Assembly (NCBI GenBank): GCA_017461585.1
Contig: JAFTYM010000025.1
Location: forward strand, 9,686-73,685
Length of the DNA: 64,000 nt
DNA from: Oscillospiraceae bacterium
Lineage (GTDB): Bacteria; Bacillota; Clostridia; Oscillospirales; Oscillospiraceae
Direction: 5' to 3'
This document shows positions 44,053 to 54,137 of this stretch, piece after piece. Position 1 is the stretch's first letter. Each line of letters starts with the position of its first letter. The notes beneath the pieces were generated by a model. That model had not been told where the DNA came from. It searched no databases and saw only the letters and a list, made by a program, of their open reading frames with translations. The position numbers and the translations under genes were made by a program.

Positions 44053-45084
44053 ATGCAGCATAAGATAACAACAAGGAAACCGCTGTTGGACAACAAAGGT
44101 CACCTTACAGAGGCAGGATATGCAACAAGTCTTGTTCTCGATTACAACAGAAATGCCGTTAAGGCAAGCAAAAACAGAATCAAAGAGTGGGACTATTATT
44201 ATATAGGCAACAGCAGATTCGGAATTGCACTTACCATTGCAGATAACTCGTACATGGGACTTGACAGTATTTCGTTTCTCAACTTTGAAGAAGGTTGGGA
44301 GATAACAAAAAGTCAAATGCAGATGTTTACAAACGGAAAGAAAAATTTGCCGTCATCTTCAGAAAGTGGAGATGTTATTTCTTCCGGTAAAGGATACTAC
44401 ATTGCATTTAAAAATACGGGTGACAAGCGCGTACTTACCTTTAAAATGGACAGTTTTATGGATAAAAAGTCTATTGAAGGTGCTGTAACACTTAAGTGCC
44501 CTGAGATGGATTCCATGGTTATAGCAACTCCTTTTGCTGAGGATAAGAAGGCGTTTTATTACAATCAGAAGATAAACTGCATGCCCGCGTCAGGTATAGT
44601 TAAAGTCGGATTCGAAGAATACAGATTTGATGAAAACGATACATTTGGCGTACTGGACTGGGGACGCGGCGTTTGGACATATAAAAATACATGGTTTTGG
44701 GGAAGTGCATCCGGAACAGTAGGCGGTGTGCCGTTTGGATTTAACATAGGATGCGGTTTTGGAGACACGTCTGCTGCCAGCGAAAATATGCTGTTCTTTA
44801 ACGGAAAAGCCCATAAACTATCACGCATAAAGTTTAATATTCCAAAGAAGGATGGAATAGATGATTTTATGTCCAAATGGACATTTATTTCTGATGATAT
44901 GAGATTTGAAATGGAGTTTGAGCCTGTTCTGCTTCGTGCATCCAAGACAGATTTAAAAATTCTTGTAAGTGACCAAAATCAGGTGTTTGGTAAATATAAC
45001 GGTCGGGTAACACTTGATGATGGAACAATACTTCAGATAAAAGATTTCTTTGGGTTTGCAGAGAAGGTTTTCAACAAGTGGTGA
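44053..45084 (+). CDS. DUF2804-like protein
   Basis: The size (343 aa) and KEWDYYYIGNSRFGIALTIADNSYMG resemble DUF2804. This is from recollection only. Confidence 0.45.
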   Translation: MQHKITTRKPLLDNKGHLTEAGYATSLVLDYNRNAVKASKNRIKEWDYYYIGNSRFGIALTIADNSYMGLDSISFLNFEEGWEITKSQMQMFTNGKKNLPSSSESGDVISSGKGYYIAFKNTGDKRVLTFKMDSFMDKKSIEGAVTLKCPEMDSMVIATPFAEDKKAFYYNQKINCMPASGIVKVGFEEYRFDENDTFGVLDWGRGVWTYKNTWFWGSASGTVGGVPFGFNIGCGFGDTSAASENMLFFNGKAHKLSRIKFNIPKKDGIDDFMSKWTFISDDMRFEMEFEPVLLRASKTDLKILVSDQNQVFGKYNGRVTLDDGTILQIKDFFGFAEKVFNKW

Positions 45085-45088
45085 TATC

Positions 45089-45517
45089 ATGATAGATGTA
45101 ATTTTTTGCTCAGCAGATGAAGTTGCGGATGACTTTCTGAGGTTTGCGGTAATTATTGCGCGTCATAAGAATAAATTTGTTTTCTGTCGCCACAAGGATA
45201 GAACAACCTGGGAAGTGCCGGGAGGCCACAGAGAGACAGGGGAAAGAATTATTGATGCTGCAAAGCGAGAACTGTACGAGGAGAGCGGAGCAGTAGAATT
45301 TGAACTTTCTCCGGTTGCGGTTTACGGTGTAAAAGATGGAAGCGGAGTGACATACGGGATGTTGTTTTTTGCGGATATTAAGGTTTTGGATGACATTCCC
45401 GAAGAGTATGAAATCGCTGAAATCATAATTTCTGAAACAATGCCGGAGAAGTTGACATATCCTGAGATACAGCCAAAGCTTTGGGAATTTGCGAGAAAGG
45501 AAATGAAAATTGACTGA
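45089..45517 (+). CDS. NUDIX hydrolase
   Basis: Nudix box GGHRETGERIIDAAKRELYEESG. Confidence 0.85.
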   Translation: MIDVIFCSADEVADDFLRFAVIIARHKNKFVFCRHKDRTTWEVPGGHRETGERIIDAAKRELYEESGAVEFELSPVAVYGVKDGSGVTYGMLFFADIKVLDDIPEEYEIAEIIISETMPEKLTYPEIQPKLWEFARKEMKID

Positions 45518-46448
45518 TTTTAATACTAAATTGCAAGCGTTGAGCGAAAAGTGTGCCCGTAAAAAGAAACTGGAAGCTGAGCTTGAAGACTTATATATGC
45601 AGAGAAGAGAGCTTCAGGATAAAACCTGCAATCTCAAAAGTATTATGTGGAGCGAACAAAGTGACGTTGATCGTCTGGAAGGTCGTAGTTTGTATGCCCT
45701 GTTCCATTTCCTGACAGGCAAGAAGGAGGAAATGCTTACTAAAGAAAAAGAAGAGGCATATGCTGCAAAGGTGAAATACGACACAGCGGAAGCTGAGCTC
45801 GATTCTGTGCTGAGTGATATTAAAAGATACAGAGATGAATTACAGGAACTCAGAAATTGTGAGATTGAATATGCAGCAGTTTTAAAGGAGAAAGCATCTG
45901 CTTTGAAGGATTTGAATAGTGAAAAAGCAGACGAAATAATTGAACTTGAGGAACAGATTCGCGTGTTGGAAAACCTTAAGCGCGAGATTCGTGAAGCAAT
46001 GTCGGCAGGTCAAGGTGCAAAGAACCAGGCTGGTAGTGTCTTGGCGAGCTTGTCAAAGGCAAAGGATTGGAGTACTTATGATATGATCGCAGGTGACGGG
46101 ATTATATCGCACGTTGCAAAGCATAATCATTTGAACAATGCACAAGCTGAAATTGAACAGCTTCAGGTACAATTGAGAAGGTTCAGAACGGAGCTTGTTG
46201 ATATTAAAATCAGCGCTGATATGAAAGTTAATGTTGACGGATTCCTTGGGTTTGCTGACTATTTTTTCGACGGGATTATTGTTGACTGGACGGTCAGAAA
46301 GAAGATTAACAATTCTCTTGATGAAGTGCAGCGTATTAAGACGCAGATTGAAAATGTATTGCGTAAACTCAGTGGAATGTTCTCGAGTACCGACAGGAAG
46401 CTTGAAGAGCTGAAAACTAAGTATAATGAAATTATTGTCAAATCATGA
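45510..46448 (+). CDS. Coiled-coil hypothetical protein (TTG start, uncertain)
   Basis: Long heptad-like E/K/L-rich sequence with a hydrophobic FLGFADYFFDGIIVDW segment. No family recognised. Confidence 0.5.
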   Translation: MTDFNTKLQALSEKCARKKKLEAELEDLYMQRRELQDKTCNLKSIMWSEQSDVDRLEGRSLYALFHFLTGKKEEMLTKEKEEAYAAKVKYDTAEAELDSVLSDIKRYRDELQELRNCEIEYAAVLKEKASALKDLNSEKADEIIELEEQIRVLENLKREIREAMSAGQGAKNQAGSVLASLSKAKDWSTYDMIAGDGIISHVAKHNHLNNAQAEIEQLQVQLRRFRTELVDIKISADMKVNVDGFLGFADYFFDGIIVDWTVRKKINNSLDEVQRIKTQIENVLRKLSGMFSSTDRKLEELKTKYNEIIVKS

Positions 46449-46466
46449 TAATACGGAGGAAAAATC

Positions 46467-47228
46467 ATGTTTGAAGGTGTACATGACAGATTGCCTGATA
46501 TGATGGCATATTTAAGTCGCATCGGAATAACTGACGTGCTTAAGCCCACAAAAGATAACCTTGATAAGCTGGTATATGCGCATTTAACGCATATACCATA
46601 TGAAAATCTGCAATATTGTATTGAAAAAAGTTGTCCTGATCTTACAATTAGCGGACTTTACAATAAGCTGGTCGTAAGAAAACGGGGTGGTTACTGTTTT
46701 GAGCTAAACGGTTTGTTTTATGCATTGCTTAAAGAAGTGGGATATGACGTTTATCCTGTTGCATGCAGAATGTGGATAGGCCTTGGGCAGCTGCCGGTGG
46801 GACACAGAGCTTCAATCGTCACAATTGATGGAGAAAAATATTTTGCGGATGTAGGTACAAGCGGAACTGCGGGGTTAAAATCTGTACCTTACAGTGGTAT
46901 TACAGAAGATGGTGTATATATTGCAGTTAACGGGCATGAAACAGAAGTTCGTAAAAAAACGGAAGAAAGCGACGAGACCCTTATCTCGTTTGTCGATAGT
47001 TATTTTGATCCTATAGATTTTGTGCCGCTTAATTACTACTGCGCTATGGGACCTGCGGCAGCAGACAGACCTGATCCTGTTGTAAGTATTACAACGGAAA
47101 ATGGTGCATACTCAATCAATGCGGATATTTTTAAAATACATAAAGACGGCACTGCTGAAGAAATCAAAATTGAGAGCAGAGAGATGCTGTTTGATATTTT
47201 AAACAGATATTTTGGCATAGTAATATAG
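46467..47228 (+). CDS. Arylamine N-acetyltransferase
   Basis: Catalytic Cys motif KRGGYCFELNGLF, with a downstream His (GHRASIV) and Asp (ADVG). Confidence 0.85.
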   Translation: MFEGVHDRLPDMMAYLSRIGITDVLKPTKDNLDKLVYAHLTHIPYENLQYCIEKSCPDLTISGLYNKLVVRKRGGYCFELNGLFYALLKEVGYDVYPVACRMWIGLGQLPVGHRASIVTIDGEKYFADVGTSGTAGLKSVPYSGITEDGVYIAVNGHETEVRKKTEESDETLISFVDSYFDPIDFVPLNYYCAMGPAAADRPDPVVSITTENGAYSINADIFKIHKDGTAEEIKIESREMLFDILNRYFGIVI

Positions 47229-47229
47229 A

Positions 47230-47266
47230 AAAAAGCTTCGGCAGAATGATTCTGCCGAAGCTTTTT
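47230..47266. terminator. Bidirectional terminator
   Basis: AAAAAGCTTCGGCAGA-atgat-TCTGCCGAAGCTTTTT. Confidence 0.8.
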
Positions 47267-47273
47267 GTTGCAG

Positions 47274-48782
47274 TTAAGATAAGTTTGATTCCCAACCGGA
47301 AGCTCGCTCGACTGCGCGCTTCCATGTGTTATGATACGTTTGGGCTGTGAATTCTGCCATAGTAGGCATAAAGATTCTTTCGACGGTTCGCAGACCGAGG
47401 ATTTCGTTAATATCATTCCAAATACCGACTTGCAAGCCTGCAAGAAATGCAGCGCCAAGCGCTGTTGTTTCAACGAGCTTAGGTCGGTCTATCGGAATAC
47501 GAAGCACGTCAGCCTGGAATTGCATCATAAAGTTGCTGACACTTGCGCCTCCGTCAACACGGAGAACAGAAAGTTTATTGTCAGAAGCTTCCTGCATTGC
47601 ATCAAGCATATCTTTGACTTGATAAGCTATACCTTCAAGTGCTGCACGTGCGATATGTGCTTTTGTGGTGCCGCGTGTAATTCCCACAAGTGTACCGCGT
47701 GCATACATATCCCAGTGAGGGGCGCCAAGACCTGTAAAAGCAGAAACCATATAGACTCCGCCATTGTCAGCAACACTTTCGGCAAGAATATCACATTCAT
47801 GTGCAGTACTAATAAGACCTAACTCATCGCGAAGCCACTGGATAGAACTGCCTGCGTTGAAAATACTGCCTTCAAGAGCGTATGTTGTCTGATTGCCAAT
47901 GGACCACGCGACTGATGTGAGAAGTCCGTTGCGGCATCGAACAGCGGTATTGCCACTATTCATTAATGTAAAACAGCCTGTTCCGTATGTGTTTTTAGCC
48001 TGTCCGGGAAAAATACATCCTTGACCAAGCAGTGCTGCTTGCTGATCGCCGATACTACCGCAAATAGGGATGCCTGCAAAGTCTGATAGTGCCGGTATGC
48101 CTGCTTTGACTACTCCGTACTCCGTTGAAGAGGGGACTGGAGTGGGGAGCATCGACATAGGAATGTCCAGCAATTTACAAAGGTCAGCATCCCATTGCAG
48201 AGAATCAATATTGAACAGCATAGTTCTTGACGCATTTGAATAATCGGATACATGTATTCCATCGGTTAAGTTCCAAATCAGCCAGCTTTCAATAGTTCCG
48301 AAAAGCAAATCGCCTCTTTCGGCACGTATTCTTGCTCCGTCAATATTATCCAGGATCCACTTAATCTTGGATGCAGAGAAATACGCGTCTATCAGAAGTC
48401 CTGTTTTATCAATAATGTAGTCTGTCATGCCGTCTGCTGTGAGCTGCTGACAGATATCTGCTGTTCTGCGGCATTGCCAAACAATTGCGTTGCAGACAGG
48501 CTTACCCGTATTTTTGTCCCATATTACAGTTGTTTCACGCTGATTTGTTATTCCGATACCCAAAATATCTTTTGCTGAAAGACCGCTTTTTAATAGTGCA
48601 TCAGCCATGGCGTTATACTGTGACTCGAGAATTTCAATAGGGTCATGTTCGACCCAACCGGGCTTTGGATAAATCTGCTTAAATGCATATTGACCTATAG
48701 AAACAGGTGTGCCGGTTTCGTCAAAAATTATTGCACGTGAACTTGTGGTGCCTTGGTCAATTGCCATGATATATTTATGCAT
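47274..48782 (-). CDS. glpK: Glycerol kinase
   Basis: MHKYIMAIDQGTTSSRAIIFD is an FGGY N-terminus. The length is about 502 aa from the ATG at 48782, which has a GGAGG RBS. Confidence 0.9.
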   Translation of the reverse strand: MHKYIMAIDQGTTSSRAIIFDETGTPVSIGQYAFKQIYPKPGWVEHDPIEILESQYNAMADALLKSGLSAKDILGIGITNQRETTVIWDKNTGKPVCNAIVWQCRRTADICQQLTADGMTDYIIDKTGLLIDAYFSASKIKWILDNIDGARIRAERGDLLFGTIESWLIWNLTDGIHVSDYSNASRTMLFNIDSLQWDADLCKLLDIPMSMLPTPVPSSTEYGVVKAGIPALSDFAGIPICGSIGDQQAALLGQGCIFPGQAKNTYGTGCFTLMNSGNTAVRCRNGLLTSVAWSIGNQTTYALEGSIFNAGSSIQWLRDELGLISTAHECDILAESVADNGGVYMVSAFTGLGAPHWDMYARGTLVGITRGTTKAHIARAALEGIAYQVKDMLDAMQEASDNKLSVLRVDGGASVSNFMMQFQADVLRIPIDRPKLVETTALGAAFLAGLQVGIWNDINEILGLRTVERIFMPTMAEFTAQTYHNTWKRAVERASGWESNLS

Positions 48783-48869
48783 CGTGACGCCTCCAATGTA
48801 TTGTTGACTGAAACATTTTAAAAAGTTATAATAATACAAAAATATTACCATACATGGCGAGGGATTTCC

Positions 48870-49808
48870 ATGAGTAATTTTAAAGATTTTTACATGAAGT
48901 CAGCTGACGGTGCTTTAGATATTCGAGTTCGTAAATGGACTCCTGATTTTGATGCTGTCGGTACCGTACAGATAGCTCATGGTATTGCTGAGCATTGTGA
49001 GCGCTATGATGAATTCTGCGAATTCTTATGTAAGAATGGATTTGCTGTCTACATCAACGACCATAGAGGTCACGGTAAAAGTGTTAGTGATGGAAAAATC
49101 GGATACTTTTCAAAGCGAGATGGCTGGATGAAAGCTGTTGGCGACCTTCATGACATTTATGAATTATCTGCACAAGAATATCCCGATGTTCCTCATGTGC
49201 TTTTTGGTCACAGTATGGGCAGCTTTTTGGCAAGAACATATCTCTTTACATATACTGACGATTTCAATGGTGCTGTTATTTGCGGTACTGCCCAAATGCC
49301 TTCTGCGATTGTAGTGGCAGGTTATACACTTGCTTCGCTGATCTCAAAGTTTGCGGATGATAAGCCAAGCGCGCTTTTGGATAAGGTTGCATTCGGTTCA
49401 TATAACAGCGGTTTTAAACCTCCGAGAACAAAGTTTGATTGGCTTTCAAGAGATGAAGCTGTTGTTGACAAGTATATTGAGGATCCAATGTGCGGATTTG
49501 TTGCAACTGCAGGTTTGTTCAGAGATATGATGTATGGCCTTAAACTTATTGGCGATAAGAATAATGTTGCAGTGATGAATAAAACGACCCCTGTGCTCTT
49601 TATTGCAGGAGATAAGGATCCTGTAGGTGAAAATGGAAAAGGTGTTGAGAAGGCTTATAACGCCTTTAAAGAGGCGGGTTTAAATGATGTTTCACTTAAA
49701 CTGTACAAGGATGCCAGACATGAAGTTTTGAATGAAATCAACAAATACGAAGTATTTGAAGATATTTTGAGTTGGTTATTAACAAAAGTTATTAAGGAGG
49801 AAATATAA
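48870..49808 (+). CDS. Alpha/beta hydrolase (lysophospholipase / monoacylglycerol lipase-like)
   Basis: HGIAEHCERY, the nucleophile elbow GHSMGS, and a C-terminal His (ARHEVL). Confidence 0.8.
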   Translation: MSNFKDFYMKSADGALDIRVRKWTPDFDAVGTVQIAHGIAEHCERYDEFCEFLCKNGFAVYINDHRGHGKSVSDGKIGYFSKRDGWMKAVGDLHDIYELSAQEYPDVPHVLFGHSMGSFLARTYLFTYTDDFNGAVICGTAQMPSAIVVAGYTLASLISKFADDKPSALLDKVAFGSYNSGFKPPRTKFDWLSRDEAVVDKYIEDPMCGFVATAGLFRDMMYGLKLIGDKNNVAVMNKTTPVLFIAGDKDPVGENGKGVEKAYNAFKEAGLNDVSLKLYKDARHEVLNEINKYEVFEDILSWLLTKVIKEEI

Positions 49809-49809
49809 A

Positions 49810-50649
49810 ATGACAGTAAAGGAATTTAACGAACTTGGTACTGAGCTTGAGCAACTGCTTATTCTCAGATACTCTCCCATTGCGTTAAAGCTCATTTACG
49901 ACGAGAGCGAGATTCCTGAAGGTACATGGAGACCTAACAAGGATAATGGCGACCATCTTGCTATGTGTCAGGCTTATGCACTTGTAAGAAGAAACAGAAA
50001 GGCAATCACACTGCTTAAGGAAGATCATTGGTGTGTATGGCCTCTCGTATCTTTCGGTCTCGTTGATCTTGATGAAGATGACTATGAGTACATGGGAACA
50101 AAGTTCTTTATGAAGGATGGCGAGCGCAGTAAGAAGTATCTCCGTGAGGAATATCCTATGCTCGCAGCGGAGAAGAAACCTATCGGCTTTACAATTGCTC
50201 CGCTGAGAAGCTGCAACTTTGAGCCTGATATTATTACAGTTTACTGCCGTCCTGCTCAGATCAGAAGCATTCAGATGGCTGCAAAATTCCATTCCGGTGA
50301 GATGCTCCATCTCCATCTTGATCCTGTTGACTCCTGTGTACACTCTTCCATTCCCGTACTCAATGGTCAGGACTATAACATCACATTCCCCGATCCCGGT
50401 GAATATGAGCGCGGCTTTACCGATGAAGACGAAGTAATGTTCACAATGAAGGCTGAAAAGGTCACAGAGATCGTCAGCGGTCTTAAGATCCTTGCAGGTG
50501 CTAACTTCGGTTATCAGCAGCTTCAAATGGATATGCCTCTGAACTTCCCCAGACCTGAGTTCTACAACAATATGTTTGAAAAGTGGAACCTCGATACAGG
50601 TGTAGAATGGAAGAAGCATGAAGGTGCAAAGCCTATGGTAGAAGAATAA
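49810..50649 (+). CDS. DUF169 (COG2043) family protein, paralog A
   Basis: Shares HLAMCQA, KEDHWC, YCRPAQIRS, DSC and PDPGEYER with the ORF at 61191-62000. The family assignment is from recollection. Confidence 0.6.
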   Translation: MTVKEFNELGTELEQLLILRYSPIALKLIYDESEIPEGTWRPNKDNGDHLAMCQAYALVRRNRKAITLLKEDHWCVWPLVSFGLVDLDEDDYEYMGTKFFMKDGERSKKYLREEYPMLAAEKKPIGFTIAPLRSCNFEPDIITVYCRPAQIRSIQMAAKFHSGEMLHLHLDPVDSCVHSSIPVLNGQDYNITFPDPGEYERGFTDEDEVMFTMKAEKVTEIVSGLKILAGANFGYQQLQMDMPLNFPRPEFYNNMFEKWNLDTGVEWKKHEGAKPMVEE

Positions 50650-50655
50650 GCTTTT

Positions 50656-50683
50656 AAAGACCGGTCATTCGACCGGTCTTTTT
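50656..50683. terminator. Bidirectional terminator overlapping the yihY-like 3' end
   Basis: AAAGACCGGTC-attc-GACCGGTCTTT followed by TT. Confidence 0.7.
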
Positions 50684-51474
50684 CTGCTTGTTTTTCTGTC
50701 GGTAATATAGCGATTTAAGTACGCACCTGTCAGCATTATATACATGGTAAAATACAACCATAATAGAGTGATGATCACTGAACCTAAACTTCCGTAAATA
50801 CCATAGCTGTTTGAAGAGTTGAGCCACCATGAATAGCCGGCTGTAAATATTGTCCAACAAATTGCTGCGATACAAGCGCCGGGCAATAAATCTCTGAAAG
50901 GCACTTTCTTGTCAGGGATGAATCTGTATGCTACTGCTAATATAAGCGCGAGTATAAAAGGTGATATTATTTTTATAAAGCCTGCTGAAATGATTTTTAA
51001 ACTGGTCAGAAAGTTTAAAAACATAGTTGCCATTATCAAAATATAAATCGCAAGCAGTACAGTAACAGAATAGAGGATTGCTTTTAATCGAAGATGTATA
51101 TACTTATCTTTTCGAGTATCATCGCTGACATGCTCGATACCGCGCATAATGGACATCATAGCCTTCGATGCGGACCAAAGTGTTGTTACTGCTGATATTG
51201 AGAGTATAGCAGGAGAGTAAGCATACACTTCTCTGATTATACTGTCCAGAAAGTCTGCAATAGTGTCAGGTACGATAATGCTTACAAACTCGGATAATTC
51301 GTGACTCTCCAGTCTTGTTATAGGGAGTAATGAGCCGATTAGCATTATAAATGGGACAATAGAAAGAAAAATATAAAAGGCGCTTGATGATGCGTAAACT
51401 GTGACATTTCGCATGGATAGCCCGCGGAAAAAAGCTGCAATTTGCTCATAAGGTTTTTGTAGTTTTTTAAACAT
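50665..51474 (-). CDS. YihY/BrkB family membrane protein
   Basis: YASSSAFYIFLSIVPFIML and six hydrophobic segments are typical of YihY. Confidence 0.75.
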   Translation of the reverse strand: MFKKLQKPYEQIAAFFRGLSMRNVTVYASSSAFYIFLSIVPFIMLIGSLLPITRLESHELSEFVSIIVPDTIADFLDSIIREVYAYSPAILSISAVTTLWSASKAMMSIMRGIEHVSDDTRKDKYIHLRLKAILYSVTVLLAIYILIMATMFLNFLTSLKIISAGFIKIISPFILALILAVAYRFIPDKKVPFRDLLPGACIAAICWTIFTAGYSWWLNSSNSYGIYGSLGSVIITLLWLYFTMYIMLTGAYLNRYITDRKTSRKRPVE

Positions 51475-51620
51475 AGCAGCACGATTACTTCCTTTTTAAA
51501 GAAATTATGATAAAATGGAATTAATGTGTTTATTATACAACGATGTAAATGTATTTGGATGAAAATTTACAAACTTTTAATTTGAGATTAAATTGTCAAA
51601 GAAAGTGGTTGGTCAATGAT

Positions 51621-52364
51621 ATGACAACAGATGAAAAATTTTTTGCATCACGATTAAAAGAGCTGTCAGGCCGGTCATTCAATAGAGGTATCTGGACGTA
51701 TTCTGAGTTTTTGACTATGGCGGAGCAGTCCTTGGTATCGGCATCTGCAGAGAGTGAATTTGAACTGGTGGGCGGCTTTGATGCTGCAGAGCGACGTATT
51801 GCGGTTTTTGGAAGCGAGGATAGTTGTGGTTATCCGTTTGCTGCGCCAATAAAAGTAATAAAAATTGAGCCTGTTTCTAAAAAGTTTTCTGATGTACTGT
51901 CTCATCGTGATTTTCTTGGATCAATCATGTCACTTGGAATTAAAAGGGAAGTTCTCGGTGATATTGTGATACGTGAGAATATAGGATATGTAGTGTGCCT
52001 TGAAAATATTGCTGAATTCTTAAAGGATAATATTTTACAAATCAAGCATACAACTGTACATTGTGAAATTCTGGATAGTATGCCTGACGGAGCGTTGAGT
52101 GAACCGGCAGAAAAAGAAGTGTTGGTTTCATCAGAACGAGTAGATGCCGTTGTCGCCGCTGTATATAATCTGTCCAGAAGCGATTCAAAAGAACTTTTTG
52201 ATCAGAAAAAGATTTATATTGACAGCAAATCCGTGATATTACCTTCAGCTGTTTTAAAAGAGGGAAGTATAGTCTCGGTACGGGGCAGAGGACGTTTTAA
52301 ATATTACGGTATTGTGAGACAGACTAAAAAAGGTAAGATGGCAATTTCGGTAGCAGTATATTAG
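51621..52364 (+). CDS. YlmH-like RNA-binding protein with a C-terminal S4 domain
   Basis: S4-like region RVDAVVAAVYNLSRSDSKELFDQKKIYIDSK...VSVRGRGRF. The start is uncertain (51549 or 51621). Confidence 0.6.
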   Translation: MTTDEKFFASRLKELSGRSFNRGIWTYSEFLTMAEQSLVSASAESEFELVGGFDAAERRIAVFGSEDSCGYPFAAPIKVIKIEPVSKKFSDVLSHRDFLGSIMSLGIKREVLGDIVIRENIGYVVCLENIAEFLKDNILQIKHTTVHCEILDSMPDGALSEPAEKEVLVSSERVDAVVAAVYNLSRSDSKELFDQKKIYIDSKSVILPSAVLKEGSIVSVRGRGRFKYYGIVRQTKKGKMAISVAVY

Positions 52365-52494
52365 TTCTGTTTTAGTTTCTTAATCGGTATTTAATATTGC
52401 AAGTGAAAATTCTTCGTGATATAATATCAAAGTGTGTATGTAACACATTAAAGTAAGTAATTTTTTAATAAATATACATAATGGAGGAAAGAAC

Positions 52495-54060
52495 ATGGCA
52501 AAGTTTATTACTGCTGCTGAGGCTGCTGCTCTGATCAAAGACGGTGATACTCTCGGTATTGGCGGACAGGGTCTTGCAGGTTGGGCTGAGGAAATCGGTC
52601 TTGCAATTCGTGACCGTTTTAAAGAGACAGGACATCCCCGTGATCTCACACTGAGACAGGGCTGCGCTCTTGGCGACTGGAAGGACAGAGGTATCACACA
52701 CCTTGGTGAAGCTGGTGAAGGTCTGGTTACAAGATGGTCCGGCGCTCACATCGGCAGCGCTTTCGCTCTTAACGCACTTGCTCTTGAGAATAAGCTTCAG
52801 TGCCACTGCCTGCCCCAGGGCGTTATCGTTAACCTGTGGCGTGAAATTGCAGCAGGTCGTCCCGGTCTCATCACAAAGGTTGGTCTCGGTACTTTCGTTG
52901 ACCCCCGTTTCGGCGGCGGCAGAATGAACGAGGCTGCTACAGATGAGCTTGTTGAGCTTATCGAGTTCGGCGGTGAGGAGTATCTTTTCTATAAGTCCTT
53001 TAATGTTGACGTTGCTATCCTCCGTGGTACAACAGCTGACGAAAATGGTAACATCACTTTCGAGCATGAAAGCTTTATCAACGAAGGTATGGCTATTGCT
53101 CAGGCTGCTAAGAAGTGCGGCGGTATTGTTATCGCTCAGGTTGAGTATGTTGCAAAGTCAGGCACACTCAATCCTAAGGATGTTCGTGTTCCCGGTATCC
53201 TTGTTGACTATGTTGTTCAGGCAACTGATCCCTTCTATCACTGGCAGACAGAGGGCGTTTACTATGAGCCCGCTTTCTCCGGTCAGATGAAGAAGCCCCT
53301 TTCTGCTATCGAGAATATGCCTTTCGACGAGAAGAAAGTTCTCTGCCGTCGTTGTGCTATGGAAGTTAAGAAGGGTGACATTATCAACCTCGGCGTTGGT
53401 ATCCCTGCTGATATGACTAAGATTCTTAACGAAGAAGGCTACCTTGATTGCGCTACTACATGTACAGAGGTTGGCGTTTTCGGCGGTGTTTCTTCCGCTC
53501 TGCCTAACTTCGGAGCTGCATACAACGCAGAAGCTGCTATCGACCACGGTTCTATGTTTGACTTTATCGACGGCGGCGGACTTAACATGACATGCCTCGG
53601 TCTTGGCGAAGTTGACGGTGAGGGTAACAACAACGTAAGCTTCCTCGGTGCTAAGAGACTTACAGGCCCCGGCGGATTTATCAACATCACACGTGCTACA
53701 CCCAAAGTTATCTTCTGCGGTACCTTCATGGGTAAGGCAAAGCTGAAGGTTGGCGACGGCAAGCTGGAAATCCTTGAAGAGGGCAAGTTCAGTAAGTTTG
53801 TAAGCAAGGTAAAGCAGATCACTTTCTCCGGTCAGTTTGCAGATCCCAACCAGACTGTTCTTTACATCACAGAGCGTGCTGTATTCCAGCTGATCGACAA
53901 GAAGGTTACTGTTATTGAAGTTGCTCCCGGTATCGATCTTGAAAAGGACGTTATCGCACACATGGGCTTCAGACCTGAGATTTCTCCTGATCTTAAGCTC
54001 ATGGATGCTTCCATTTTCTACGAAGAGTGGGGCAAGCTCGGCGACTTTATCAGCGAATAA
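52495..54060 (+). CDS. Family I acyl-CoA:carboxylate CoA-transferase (propionate/acetate CoA-transferase YdiF/Pct-like)
   Basis: MAKFITAAEAAALIKDGDTLGIGG N-terminus. 521-aa fused alpha-beta architecture. Confidence 0.8.
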   Translation: MAKFITAAEAAALIKDGDTLGIGGQGLAGWAEEIGLAIRDRFKETGHPRDLTLRQGCALGDWKDRGITHLGEAGEGLVTRWSGAHIGSAFALNALALENKLQCHCLPQGVIVNLWREIAAGRPGLITKVGLGTFVDPRFGGGRMNEAATDELVELIEFGGEEYLFYKSFNVDVAILRGTTADENGNITFEHESFINEGMAIAQAAKKCGGIVIAQVEYVAKSGTLNPKDVRVPGILVDYVVQATDPFYHWQTEGVYYEPAFSGQMKKPLSAIENMPFDEKKVLCRRCAMEVKKGDIINLGVGIPADMTKILNEEGYLDCATTCTEVGVFGGVSSALPNFGAAYNAEAAIDHGSMFDFIDGGGLNMTCLGLGEVDGEGNNNVSFLGAKRLTGPGGFINITRATPKVIFCGTFMGKAKLKVGDGKLEILEEGKFSKFVSKVKQITFSGQFADPNQTVLYITERAVFQLIDKKVTVIEVAPGIDLEKDVIAHMGFRPEISPDLKLMDASIFYEEWGKLGDFISE

Positions 54061-54070
54061 TTATAATTTC

Positions 54071-54106
54071 ACAGATGCCTGTCGTAAGGCAGGCATCTGT
54101 CTTTTT
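54071..54106 (+). terminator. Rho-independent terminator
   Basis: ACAGATGCCT..AGGCATCTGT followed by CTTTTT. Confidence 0.8.
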
Positions 54107-54137
54107 AGTATGAAAATCTATTTAAGGAGGAAATTAT

